Of a stretch of DNA of 64,000 nt, positions 28,524-38,368 are shown one piece after another. Both the position numbers and the translations under genes were made by a program. The DNA is taken from assembly GCA_044342325.1 (NCBI GenBank), contig JBIIPZ010000013.1, forward strand, positions 164-64,163, written 5' to 3'. This DNA is from Terrimicrobiaceae bacterium (GTDB lineage Bacteria; Verrucomicrobiota; Verrucomicrobiia; Chthoniobacterales; Terrimicrobiaceae). How positions within the stretch are numbered: the stretch's first letter is position 1; each line of letters begins with the position of its first letter. The notes beneath the pieces were generated by a model. It was given only the letters and a program-made list of their open reading frames with translations. It was not told the DNA's origin and made no database searches.

Positions 28524-29072
28524 ATGAACCCGCTCAAGACCATCCTCGTCCCCGTTGATTTCTCAACGGTTTCACGCACGGCACTTGATCAAGCGGCGCG
28601 GCTGGCGGGGCTTAACGGAGCCAGCCTTCACGTCCTACATCTGGTGGACACTGCGGCCGTCGACATCTTCCTACATGTGTGGCGGGAGCCGGAGCTGAAT
28701 CTCCCTTACGCCCACGCACCCTTTGGCGCAGCGGTTCCGATGACACCGCCTGCCATCAGCGGCGACTATCTTCAGACAACGGAATCGGCGCTGCGCGACT
28801 TTGTGAGCGAGGCGTCCCGTGACATCGAATCCCGTGCGCTGATTGTCCAGACATCTGTTTGCAGAGGTCGGCATCGGCAACTGAGATACGGTGGCGACTC
28901 TTGTGTGCTGATACTGATGGGCCGTGCTCCATCCCATTCTGCGACGATGGCAAAGTGGAGCCGTTTTGGTCGCGTCTGGGGCCGGGTATTCTGGGCTGGG
29001 CTAACGGCCTGCTTTGTCGTGGAGGCCATGCAGCCGGGCTCCATGCTTCTTTTCTGGGGGGTTGTGCCATAG
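28524..29072 (+). CDS. Universal stress protein family member with an atypical C-terminus, possibly degenerate
   Basis: MNPLKTILVPVDFSTVSRTALDQAARLA...LHVLHLV is a clear USP N-terminus. The C-terminal half lacks the usual G-x2-G-x9-G(S/T) and CPVLVV motifs. Confidence 0.45.
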   Translation: MNPLKTILVPVDFSTVSRTALDQAARLAGLNGASLHVLHLVDTAAVDIFLHVWREPELNLPYAHAPFGAAVPMTPPAISGDYLQTTESALRDFVSEASRDIESRALIVQTSVCRGRHRQLRYGGDSCVLILMGRAPSHSATMAKWSRFGRVWGRVFWAGLTACFVVEAMQPGSMLLFWGVVP

Positions 29073-29146
29073 ATGATCCTGCTTACCATCCTACTAGTCG
29101 GCTTTATCCACCGGATGATCCCGCACTTGCCCAAAATCCACACATC

Positions 29147-31111
29147 ATGAGTCACCCAGATCCAGAGAAGACCGCCTCCGTTCTTATTAAACCACCAGTG
29201 CATCTACTGGTGGCAGTGGATTTCACATTGGAACTGAGACCCGTGCTGCGGACGGCGGCGGCGTTAGCTTCGCGCATCGGTGCAAAGATGACGCTGCTGC
29301 ATGTGCTGGAGCCCATCTCGGACGACCCAGACATCACACTGCACTGGGGCGACTTTCCGAAGGAACGGCTCGAGCATGCGCGGCTGCAGTTGGAGGCACT
29401 GGCGCGTGAGGCAGGCGCGGAGGCGGCGGAAATTGTGCTGTCTGAAGGACGGGCGTTTGAAGAGATCGTGCGGAGTGCTCAAGATCGCGACTGTGATCTC
29501 GTGGTGATGGGCCGCACAGGCGAGGAGCGTGGCTTCATCCGTGAGACGCTAGGGAGCACAGTGGAAAAGGTGGCGCGCCATGCTCACTGCCCGGTTTTCA
29601 TCGTTGGTGAAGATCAGACGCCCGGACCGCTAGAGCCGAGCCGCATCCTGCTGCCGACGGATTTTTCAGACGACTCACGAGCAGCCTTTGCCTGGGCAGA
29701 ACTTATAGCACGTCAATACGATGCGAAATTGCTGTTGGCGAACGTGCAGGAGCCGATGGGACTGCCGGGAACACTGGAATATCTCCGCCATAGTGACCAA
29801 ATTGACGCCCTGCGCCTAGAGGCCGACCAACGTCTCGAAACCTTCCGTCAGGAACACCTGCCGGTGGATTTGAGCGTGGAAACCCGGGTCGTGGAGGGCA
29901 CGCCGAACCGTGCTCTGTGCCGTCTGGCGCGGAGAGAACGGGTCGACTTGGTCGTCATATCCACGCACGGCGCACAGGGCTGGCGCAGGGCGTGGCTAGG
30001 CGGCACGGCTGAGGGAGTGCTACGTGAGGCGCTGTGCTCGGTGCTCGTAGTGCCCCGCGCGCGCATGATCGAGGAGTCGGAAGGCGACGCGGAGACACCC
30101 TCATCTGGGCCGAAGCAGTCGGCGCAAGAGAAAAAGGCGAGCATCGACCTTAGCGCTCCTGTTTCCAGCCTTATGCGCATGGATTTCCCTACAGTGGAGC
30201 ATCATGCAACGATTGGCGACGCACTGACGCACATCCGTCGGGTGGGCGTGGGCGAGAGGCTGGTCTATTTTTATGTCACCGGCCCGGGAGGTCGGCTGAT
30301 GGGCGTCATACCCACGCGTCGGCTACTCACCGCGCCGCTGGTGGATACGGTGGACGCTCACATGATCCAAAATGTCACAGTGCTGCGGCCAGAGGAGTCG
30401 CTGCTGGAGGCGTCCGAGATTTTTGCAAAACGGAAATTCCTCGCACTGCCAGTCATTGATGAAAATCGGCGACTCATCGGTGTGGTGGACGTGGGCTTGC
30501 TCTCGGACAAGATCTTTGATCTCGCAGAGCGTGAGCAGCTTGATGATTTATTCGAGACGATCGGCTTCAATGTAGAGCAGGTAAAGGAGGCCTCGCCGGT
30601 GCGGGCGTTTCGCTTTCGTTTTCCATGGCTGCTGGCCACAATCACCAGCGGCACGCTATGCGCGGTGCTCACAAGCGTCTTCGAGCTCACGCTGGAGAAA
30701 AGCATCGTTCTTGCCTTCTTCATGACGCTGATCCTCGGGCTGGGCGAGAGCGTGAGCATTCAATCCATGACCATGGCTATCCAGGCGCTGCGCAGCACAA
30801 AACCAACGCTAAGCTGGTATCTCGGTGCGCTGCGGCGTGAGGCACTTACTGCGCTGCTGCTAGGCGCGGGCTGCGGGCTGATCGTGATGTTGATTGTGTG
30901 GCTCTGGCGTGGCGAGGCGCTTGTTGCGGCCAGCATCGGCACGAGCATCGCGCTGGCTCTGGTGACGGCCTGCGTCACGGGCCTGAGCGTGCCCGCTTTG
31001 CTGCACGCGCTGCGCCTTGACCCAAAAATCGCCGCTGGCCCGATCACGCTGGCATTGACTGACATTTTCACCCTTCTGTTCTACTTCGGGCTGGCATGGT
31101 GGTGGCTGTGA
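29147..31111 (+). CDS. mgtE: Fusion protein: tandem universal-stress domains + CBS pair + MgtE-type Mg2+ channel membrane domain
   Basis: USP 1 (HLLVAVDF...DLVVMGRTGE...HCPVFIV), USP 2 (RILLPTDFSD...DLVVISTHG...CSVLVVP), CBS-like segments (VLRPEESLLEASEIFAKRKFLALPVIDENRRLIGVVDV), then MgtE TM motifs (FPWLLATITSG...LGLGESVSIQSMT...PITLALTDIFTLLFYFGLA). It is one uninterrupted frame from ATG 29147. Confidence 0.8.
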   Translation: MSHPDPEKTASVLIKPPVHLLVAVDFTLELRPVLRTAAALASRIGAKMTLLHVLEPISDDPDITLHWGDFPKERLEHARLQLEALAREAGAEAAEIVLSEGRAFEEIVRSAQDRDCDLVVMGRTGEERGFIRETLGSTVEKVARHAHCPVFIVGEDQTPGPLEPSRILLPTDFSDDSRAAFAWAELIARQYDAKLLLANVQEPMGLPGTLEYLRHSDQIDALRLEADQRLETFRQEHLPVDLSVETRVVEGTPNRALCRLARRERVDLVVISTHGAQGWRRAWLGGTAEGVLREALCSVLVVPRARMIEESEGDAETPSSGPKQSAQEKKASIDLSAPVSSLMRMDFPTVEHHATIGDALTHIRRVGVGERLVYFYVTGPGGRLMGVIPTRRLLTAPLVDTVDAHMIQNVTVLRPEESLLEASEIFAKRKFLALPVIDENRRLIGVVDVGLLSDKIFDLAEREQLDDLFETIGFNVEQVKEASPVRAFRFRFPWLLATITSGTLCAVLTSVFELTLEKSIVLAFFMTLILGLGESVSIQSMTMAIQALRSTKPTLSWYLGALRREALTALLLGAGCGLIVMLIVWLWRGEALVAASIGTSIALALVTACVTGLSVPALLHALRLDPKIAAGPITLALTDIFTLLFYFGLAWWWL

Positions 31112-31190
31112 TGCCCTTCACCGATCCAGTGCGGCAGCTCCTGTCGCTCCCAACCAACCTTTCCGAAAATCCAACACCAACTGCCTCCAC

Positions 31191-33605
31191 ATGAACTCAT
31201 CCCAATCCCATCCTTTCATCAAATGGTTCGCCGACATCACGATTGATGACGTTCCGCTCGTCGGCGGCAAAAACGCCTCGCTTGGCGAGATGGTGCGCGA
31301 ACTCGCCAGCAAGGGAGTGAAGGTGCCTAATGGTTTTGCCATCACCGCCGAGGCCTTCCGGCATTTCATCCGCGAAGCACAACTCGATGAGCGCATCCGT
31401 GCCACGCTCGCCGACCTCGACACACACGACATGGCGAACCTCAGAGAACGCGCTCATGCGGTGCGGCAGGCCATTCTCAGCGCCACGCTGCCTACTGATT
31501 TGCAGACGCTCATCGAGGCGGCCTATCGCCAGTTGCAGGGCAGCAGCACGGTGCCGCTGGATGTCGCGGTGCGTTCCTCGGCCACCGCAGAAGACTTGCC
31601 CGATGCCAGCTTCGCCGGGCAGCAGGAGACCTATCTGAATGTCCACGGAACCGCAGCTCTGCTGGAGACGTGCAAGCGCTGCTTTGCCTCGCTCTTCACC
31701 GACCGCGCCATCAGCTACCGAGTGGACAAGGGCTTCGATCATTTCAAGGTCGCGCTCAGCATCGGCGTGCAGCGCATGGTGCGCTCTGATCTCGCCTGCT
31801 CCGGCGTCATGTTCACCATCGATACCGAGAGCGGCTTTCGCGATGCCGTGATGATCAGCGCAGCCTATGGCCTCGGCGAAAACGTAGTGCAGGGCTCCGT
31901 CACGCCGGATGAGTTTCTCGTTTTCAAACCCACGCTGAAGACCGGGCATCGGCCTGTTTTACAAAAAAATTTGGGCAGCAAGGAGTTCAAACTCGTCTAT
32001 GATTCCGGCGGCGGGAAGATGGTGAAAAACATCCCCGTGGCACCGGCGGATCGCGCCAAGCTCGCGCTCACCGATGACGAAGTGCTCGAACTCGCCCGCT
32101 GGGCCTGCATTGTCGAAGATCACTACTCCGCCAAGCGCAGCCAGCACGCGCCGATGGATCTGGAATGGGCCAAGGATGGCATCACGGGTGAACTGTTCAT
32201 CGTGCAGGCTCGGCCTGAGACCGTGCAGTCGCGCAAGGATCTCGACGTGCTCGAATCCTATGTTTTGAGCAAACGCAGCACCGTGCTGACGAGCGGGCGC
32301 AGCGTCGGCGCAAAGATCGCAACGGGGCGCGTGCGTGTGATCAAGAGCGCTGAGTTCATCGGCCAGTTTCAGGAAGGCGAAGTGCTCGTCACCGACAAGA
32401 CCGATCCCGACTGGCAACCCATCATGAAGAAAGCGGCGGGCATCATCACCAATCGTGGCGGACGCACTTGCCATGCCGCCATTGTCAGTCGCGAACTCGG
32501 CGTGCCAGCCATCGTCGGCACTGAACTCGGCACCGAGGCGCTCAAGGATGGCCAGATGGTCACCGTGAGCTGCGCAGAAGGTGATACCGGCCTTGTTTAT
32601 GAAGGCGAGCTGCCCTTTGAAGTGCAGCGCACCGATTTGAAGTCCCTCGGTAAGCCGCGCACCAAGGTGATGATGAACCTCGCTAATCCCCAAGGGGCCT
32701 TTGCGCTCTCTTTCACCCCGAATGAGGGCGTCGGCCTTGCGCGGATGGAGTTCATCATCAGCACCTATATCAAGATCCATCCACTCGCCTTGATCGACTT
32801 CGACACGCTTGCCGATGCCACGGCCAAAGCAGAGATCGAGAAGCTCACTGCGGGCTACACCGACAAGCCGCAGTTCTTCGTCGATAAACTCGCGCAAGGC
32901 GTCGCCATGATCGCCGCCGCGTTTTATCCGAAGGATGTCATCCTGCGCCTCAGCGATTTCAAAACAAACGAGTATGCCAATCTCATCGGCGGCAAAGCCT
33001 ACGAGCCTGCCGAGGAGAATCCGATGCTCGGCTTCCGTGGTGCTAGCCGCTACTACCACCCGCGTTATCGGGCTGGCTTCGCGCTGGAGTGCCGCGCCGT
33101 GAAAAAAGTGCGCGATGAGATGGGCCTCACCAATCTCAAGCTTATGATCCCCTTCTGCCGCACGCTCGATGAAGGCCGCCAAGTGCAGGCCGAGATGGAG
33201 AAGCACGGACTCAAACGCGGGCAGGACGGACTGGAGATTTACGTCATGTGCGAGATCCCGGCCAACGTGATCCTCGCCGAGGAGTTCGCCGATCTCTTCG
33301 ACGGCTTCAGCATCGGCTCCAACGACCTCACCCAGCTCATCCTCGGCGTGGATCGCGACAGCGAAATCGTCGCGCCCATCTTTGATGAACGAAACGCCGC
33401 CGTGAAAAAGATGATCGCCCAAGTCATCGCCACCTGCCGCGCCAAAGGCCGCAAAATCGGCATCTGCGGCCAGGCTCCGAGCGATTACCCCGAGTTCGCC
33501 CAGTTCCTCGTCGAACAGGGCATCGACAGCATCTCGCTGAATCCCGACACCGTGCTGAAAACGACGCTGGCGGTCCTCGCCACTGAAGAAACTATTTCTC
33601 GCTGA
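31191..33605 (+). CDS. ppsA: Phosphoenolpyruvate synthase
   Basis: 804 aa. N-terminus VPLVGGKNASLGEM, phospho-His region GGRTCHAAIVSRELGVPA, and a C-terminal PEP-utilising TIM barrel (GSNDLTQL). Confidence 0.95.
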   Translation: MNSSQSHPFIKWFADITIDDVPLVGGKNASLGEMVRELASKGVKVPNGFAITAEAFRHFIREAQLDERIRATLADLDTHDMANLRERAHAVRQAILSATLPTDLQTLIEAAYRQLQGSSTVPLDVAVRSSATAEDLPDASFAGQQETYLNVHGTAALLETCKRCFASLFTDRAISYRVDKGFDHFKVALSIGVQRMVRSDLACSGVMFTIDTESGFRDAVMISAAYGLGENVVQGSVTPDEFLVFKPTLKTGHRPVLQKNLGSKEFKLVYDSGGGKMVKNIPVAPADRAKLALTDDEVLELARWACIVEDHYSAKRSQHAPMDLEWAKDGITGELFIVQARPETVQSRKDLDVLESYVLSKRSTVLTSGRSVGAKIATGRVRVIKSAEFIGQFQEGEVLVTDKTDPDWQPIMKKAAGIITNRGGRTCHAAIVSRELGVPAIVGTELGTEALKDGQMVTVSCAEGDTGLVYEGELPFEVQRTDLKSLGKPRTKVMMNLANPQGAFALSFTPNEGVGLARMEFIISTYIKIHPLALIDFDTLADATAKAEIEKLTAGYTDKPQFFVDKLAQGVAMIAAAFYPKDVILRLSDFKTNEYANLIGGKAYEPAEENPMLGFRGASRYYHPRYRAGFALECRAVKKVRDEMGLTNLKLMIPFCRTLDEGRQVQAEMEKHGLKRGQDGLEIYVMCEIPANVILAEEFADLFDGFSIGSNDLTQLILGVDRDSEIVAPIFDERNAAVKKMIAQVIATCRAKGRKIGICGQAPSDYPEFAQFLVEQGIDSISLNPDTVLKTTLAVLATEETISR

Positions 33606-33619
33606 ACCAGAAGAATGCC

Positions 33620-36334
33620 ATGAAAGAACTCACCCAAAACAACTGGCATGAACTGCCCATAGACAGCGTCATAAAGATTCTGGAGAGCGATCCCGGCGCG
33701 GGCCTGGCAAAGGCCGAGGTCGAGGGTCGACTGCGGCAGTTTGGCCTCAACGAGATGACTGCACAGAAGCGGATGAGCGAATGGATGCGCTTCCTGCTCC
33801 AGTTCGCGCAGCCGCTGATGTATATCCTTCTCTTAGCTTCGGCACTGATGCTCTTTCTCGGCGAGTATGTGGACTCCGCCGTGATCTTCGGCGTCACCTT
33901 CGTCAATGCGCTCGTCGGTTTCTTCCAGGAAAGCAAAGCGGAGAAGGCGATCGAGGCACTTTCCAAAATGGTCCTCACAGAGGCCACCGTGAGGCGTGAT
34001 GGCCGCAAGCAGCGCGTCAATTCCACTGAACTCGTGCCCGGCGACATCGTTCTGCTACAGTCCGGCGACAAGGTCCCGGCTGATTTGCGACTGCTGCTGG
34101 CGCGCAGTCTTCAGATCGATGAATCGGCACTGACGGGTGAGTCGGTGCCGGTGGAAAAAGAAGTCGATGCTCTCACTCAAGGCTCGGGTCTCGGAGATCG
34201 AAAGAACCTCAGCTTCGCAGGCACGCTCGTTACTTACGGCCAAGCCGAAGGCGTCGTGACGGCAACAGGCAACCACACGGAGACAGGCCGAATCGCAAGG
34301 CTCATTCACCACGCGGCAGATCTCTCCACGCCACTCACCCGCAAGATCGCAGAGTTCAGCAAGCTTGTGCTCTGGGTCATCCTCGGGCTCGCCGCGCTGA
34401 CTTTTGCGGTCGGCGTCGCACGGGGTGAAAGCGCCGTCGATATGTTCATGGCCGCCGTCGCGCTGGCCGTAGGAGCCATTCCCGAGGGACTGCCCGCCGC
34501 TGTCACCATCACGCTCGCCATTGGCGTCTCGCGGATGGCCAAACATCGCGCCATCATCCGCAAGCTCCCGGCTGTGGAAGCTCTCGGCAGCACCACCATC
34601 ATCTGCTCAGACAAGACCGGCACCCTCACGGAAAACCAAATGACCGTTCAGCAGGTCTTCGCAGGCGGAAAATTTTACAACGTGACTGGCAGCGGCTACG
34701 AACCGAACGGCGAAGTGTTCGCGGAGGGCCAGCGAGCCGCTCTCGATCAGCACGAAGCACTGCGCGAGACACTGCTCGCAGGACTGCTCAACAATGATTC
34801 GCAGCTCGTGCGCGATGGCGACCGCCTCAAAGTCGAAGGCGACCCAACAGAAGCCGCGCTCATCGTTGCCGCGCAGAAATCGGGACTCGTTCCCGCCGAC
34901 ACGCACAGCGCACATCCGCGACTCGACGTGATTCCCTTTGAGTCCGAGCACCAGTTCATGGCCACACTGCATCACCGTGGCGACGGCCTGGCGCGGGTGA
35001 TTTTCAAAAAAGGTTCCGTCGAACGCCTGCTGGAGCGCTGCTCGCATGCGCTCAGTGACCACGGCGAACTCGTGCCTTTGGACATCAGCGCCGTGAATGC
35101 CGCCGTCGAGCAAATGGCTGCGAAGGGCCTGCGTGTGCTCGCCTTTGCACGCCTAGAGGTGGCCCAAGATCAAGACCAACTCCACCACGACCACGTGCGC
35201 GAGGGCCTCACCTTCCTCGGCCTGCAAGGCATGATCGACCCGCCCCGTGCAGAGGCCATCGTCTCCGTGCGCAAATGTCAGGAGGCAGGCATCCAGGTGA
35301 AAATGATCACCGGCGACCACGCGCTCACCGCCCGCAGCATCGCAAAGCAACTCGGCCTGCGCGGCGGTGGCGAGGGCGAACTCATCGCCGTGACGGGCCG
35401 CGAGTTGGAGAAAGTCTCCGACGCCGAGCTGCCTGATCTCGCGGAGCGTGCCGCCGTCTTTGCTCGCGTGGCACCCGAGCAAAAACTGAAGCTCGTGCGC
35501 GCCCTGCAATCGCGTGGGCACATCGTCGCCATGACCGGCGATGGCGTGAATGACGCACCCGCGCTCAGGCAGTCTGACATCGGCGTGGCCATGGGCATCA
35601 CCGGCACGGATGTCGCCAAAGGGGCCGCCGACATGCTGCTCACGGATGATAACTTCGCCAGCATCGAAGCCGCCGTGGAGGAAGGGCGCAGCGTCTTTGA
35701 CAACCTCACCAAATTCATCATCTGGACCCTGCCGACCAACGTGGGCGAAGCGGGCATCCTCCTGACCGCCATCTTCTTGGGAACCGCACTCCCTCTGCTG
35801 CCTGTGCAATTGCTCTGGATCAACATGGCTACAGCCATCCTGCTCGGCTTGATGCTCATTTTTGAACCCAAGGAGCGCGACCTCATGCTGCGCCCACCAC
35901 GCGACCCACAGCAACCGATCCTCACCCGGCTCCTGATTCTCCGCACTGCCCTCGTTTCCTTGCTTATCCTCGCTGGCGCATTTGGAGCCTTTCTATGGGA
36001 GCAGCAGATGCGTGGCAAAAGCGTCATCGAAGCCCGCACCACCGCCGTCAATGTCATCGTCATGGTCGAGTGCTTCTACCTGCTCAATTGCCGCTCATTA
36101 CTGCATTCGATGTTCTTCGTGGGCGTGTGGACCAACCTTGCGGTCTTCGGCGGCATCGCCGCGATGCTCGGTGCTCAAGTGCTCTTCACCCACACCGACT
36201 TAATGAACCGCCTCTTCCATACCGCGCCGATTGATGGCGCTTCATGGCTCTATGTTTTCGCTGTTGGCCTTGTCGCGCACTGCATCATCGAGTTTGAAAA
36301 ATGGGTGCGCCGAAAAGTAGCCCACGTCGTATGA
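33620..36334 (+). CDS. P-type cation-transporting ATPase (P2-type, Ca2+/Mg2+-like)
   Basis: TGES, PEGLPA, DKTGTLT, MITGD and GDGVNDAPAL motifs, with ten predicted TM segments. The start is 14 nt after the ppsA stop. Confidence 0.92.
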   Translation: MKELTQNNWHELPIDSVIKILESDPGAGLAKAEVEGRLRQFGLNEMTAQKRMSEWMRFLLQFAQPLMYILLLASALMLFLGEYVDSAVIFGVTFVNALVGFFQESKAEKAIEALSKMVLTEATVRRDGRKQRVNSTELVPGDIVLLQSGDKVPADLRLLLARSLQIDESALTGESVPVEKEVDALTQGSGLGDRKNLSFAGTLVTYGQAEGVVTATGNHTETGRIARLIHHAADLSTPLTRKIAEFSKLVLWVILGLAALTFAVGVARGESAVDMFMAAVALAVGAIPEGLPAAVTITLAIGVSRMAKHRAIIRKLPAVEALGSTTIICSDKTGTLTENQMTVQQVFAGGKFYNVTGSGYEPNGEVFAEGQRAALDQHEALRETLLAGLLNNDSQLVRDGDRLKVEGDPTEAALIVAAQKSGLVPADTHSAHPRLDVIPFESEHQFMATLHHRGDGLARVIFKKGSVERLLERCSHALSDHGELVPLDISAVNAAVEQMAAKGLRVLAFARLEVAQDQDQLHHDHVREGLTFLGLQGMIDPPRAEAIVSVRKCQEAGIQVKMITGDHALTARSIAKQLGLRGGGEGELIAVTGRELEKVSDAELPDLAERAAVFARVAPEQKLKLVRALQSRGHIVAMTGDGVNDAPALRQSDIGVAMGITGTDVAKGAADMLLTDDNFASIEAAVEEGRSVFDNLTKFIIWTLPTNVGEAGILLTAIFLGTALPLLPVQLLWINMATAILLGLMLIFEPKERDLMLRPPRDPQQPILTRLLILRTALVSLLILAGAFGAFLWEQQMRGKSVIEARTTAVNVIVMVECFYLLNCRSLLHSMFFVGVWTNLAVFGGIAAMLGAQVLFTHTDLMNRLFHTAPIDGASWLYVFAVGLVAHCIIEFEKWVRRKVAHVV

Positions 36335-36813
36335 CGCGGCGCACCAGCCAGTCCTGGCACAGAATGAATCTTTGCAGATGACCTTGACCCGCTCTCTGAT
36401 CGTAAAGACGCCCAGAAAGTGCTGCCCACCATGACGCTCAGCACCTTCAGTTATTTCATGTTGAAGTTCCCCCGATTCGGTGGACAGGCAGGGCGCATGA
36501 GCACATCTCATCCGTGCCGTCGCGACCCTCATGCCGAAGGTAGCCAGGAATGGAGCGAAAAAGGTCCGTTTAAGCAGATGGATGTTAGCGGTGGGGTTTG
36601 CCCCCATCCTCAATGTCAGGCAGCAATCCTAGAGTTCTATATTGTGAAACAACACCTTGAACTTTGCCGCGATGTCGATGTCTTGCACTCGGATGCCGCC
36701 TCCGTCGCTCATCAACTCAGAGCCAACAGCATTGAGCGTGATCCTCGCAATCACCTCCCGGCAGTACCGAAAATAACCATGCGCAGGCATCTTATCCGGC
36801 TTCTTTCACTGGA

Positions 36814-37851
36814 ATGATTGCACCCCTCACCGTCTCCGTTTTCGATACCAAGCCCTACGACCGCGAATACCTCGCGAGAGCGCTGGGTGCGGAGCGTTTG
36901 GCGTGGCGATTTAATGACTTCCGACTCAGCGCGGAGACGGCACCGGCTGCTGCTGGAGCGCAGGCGGTGTGCGCGTTTGTGAATGATCAAGCTGACCGTG
37001 CCTGCCTGGAAATTCTCGCCTCACTCGGTGTTAATCTGCTCGCCTTGCGCGGCGCGGGTTACAACAACGTGGATGTGCCTGCGGCTCGTGAACTGGGCCT
37101 AGATGTCGTGCGCGTGCCAGCCTATTCGCCCCACGCTGTGGCCGAACACACCGTCGCCTTGTTGCTCACGCTCAATCGGAAGATCCACCGCGCCTACAAT
37201 CGTGTGCGCGAGCTGAATTTCTCTCTCAATGGCCTGGTTGGATTTGATGTTCATGGCAAGACGGTGGGCATCATCGGAACCGGAAGGATTGGACGCATCA
37301 CCGCACAGATTTTTCGAGGCATTGGTGCAGACGTGCTGGCCTTTGATTGTCTTCCGGATGCCGAATGGGCGGCCACGCTTGGTGTGCGCTACGTGGAGCT
37401 TGATGCGCTGCTGGCGGCGAGTGCCATCATCTCGCTGCACGTCCCGCTTCTACCGGAGACGCGCCATCTCCTCAATGAGCAGTCTCTGGCGCAGATGAAG
37501 CGCGGGGTTGTCATTGTCAACACGAGCCGGGGCAAGCTGATCGAAACTACAGCCCTCATAGCCGCACTGAAATGTGGCCACGTCGGCGGTGCGGCGCTGG
37601 ATGTGTATGAAGAAGAGGAAGGTATCTTTTTTGAAGACCTCTCCGGGCAGATGCTGCAGGACGATGAGTTGTCTCTGCTGATCAATTTTCCCAATGTGCT
37701 CATCACAGCACACCAGAGCTTCCTCACCCATGAAGCGCTGAGCGAGATTGCCCGCGTCACCACCAGGAATCTCCTGCGACTTGAAACAAGCGAGCCATTT
37801 CTGCCCGGCACATTGCTGACCACCAAACAGGAGACTGCCAATGCGTCTTAA
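36814..37851 (+). CDS. ldhA: D-lactate dehydrogenase / D-2-hydroxyacid dehydrogenase
   Basis: Typical LdhA N-terminus (VFDTKPYDREYL), NAD motif GIIGTGRIGR, and the catalytic R/E/H context (NTSRG...TAHQSF). Confidence 0.88.
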   Translation: MIAPLTVSVFDTKPYDREYLARALGAERLAWRFNDFRLSAETAPAAAGAQAVCAFVNDQADRACLEILASLGVNLLALRGAGYNNVDVPAARELGLDVVRVPAYSPHAVAEHTVALLLTLNRKIHRAYNRVRELNFSLNGLVGFDVHGKTVGIIGTGRIGRITAQIFRGIGADVLAFDCLPDAEWAATLGVRYVELDALLAASAIISLHVPLLPETRHLLNEQSLAQMKRGVVIVNTSRGKLIETTALIAALKCGHVGGAALDVYEEEEGIFFEDLSGQMLQDDELSLLINFPNVLITAHQSFLTHEALSEIARVTTRNLLRLETSEPFLPGTLLTTKQETANAS

Positions 37852-38105
37852 AGTCCTGCTGCCATTCCAAATTTTCTCCGACAAGAAGAATGTCACGCAC
37901 ATCGTCGTGGATATGTGGGACACTCTTTTGCGTATCACACGCTTTCCTTGCACCTCAGGATTTCTGAGTTTGTAGAACAGCGTTGCTGGGAACTACGCAA
38001 ATGAGCCCCATAAGAACATCCAGCAAAGACCTCATTAATCTCGCGCGGGCCAGACCACCAAGACGGGCCGGCAGCATTTTTGGAGCACTCCTAGGGTCAC
38101 CGAGT

Positions 38106-38313
38106 GGGTCGGACCAGGCCTTTTAGATTTGGTAATCGGCGTCGGAGCCGAGCGACTTCAGGGGAATGGCAAACGGAAGCGGAATGCCATCCTGACGGAG
38201 TTTTTTGAGGGAGACTTCAGAGACTTGGGCGAGACTGTAGCGATCAAGGATGTTGGCGATGGCGTTGCGCACATCGAGCATGAGAAGACGGAGGCCGCAG
38301 TGCTCCTCGTTGG
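38106..38313 (-). pseudogene. Duplicated 3' fragment of the Rrf2 regulator gene
   Basis: About 208 bp that is roughly 85-90% identical by eye to 39813-40020. Encodes ...EEHCGLRLLMLDVRNAIANILDRYSLAQVSEVSLKKLRQDGIPLPFA...SDADYQI-stop plus ~20 nt of 3' flank. There is no 5' part. Confidence 0.8.
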
Positions 38314-38368
38314 TGAGCCGCACTATTTGTCCCGCATTCCGGACACTGGAGGCGGCGCGTCCGCAGCA

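Noticed and set aside
29073-29146. M-box (Mg2+) riboswitch ahead of the MgtE fusion or the P-type ATPase
   Set aside because: The leaders are only ~75 nt and 14 nt respectively, too short for an M-box, and I saw no conserved M-box strings.
28859-29146. N-terminal extension of the USP::MgtE ORF (track start 28859)
   Set aside because: The extension overlaps the preceding USP ORF in another frame and shows no domain similarity. ATG at 29147 immediately precedes the first USP domain.
31959-33422. 487-aa ORF on the minus strand
   Set aside because: It is antisense to ppsA. It has no motifs, and its composition is typical of a shadow frame.
36242-36817. Track ORFs 36242..36613 (-) and 36419..36817 (+)
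   Set aside because: They mutually overlap and have no motifs or start context. See the low-interest finding on a possible decayed gene instead.
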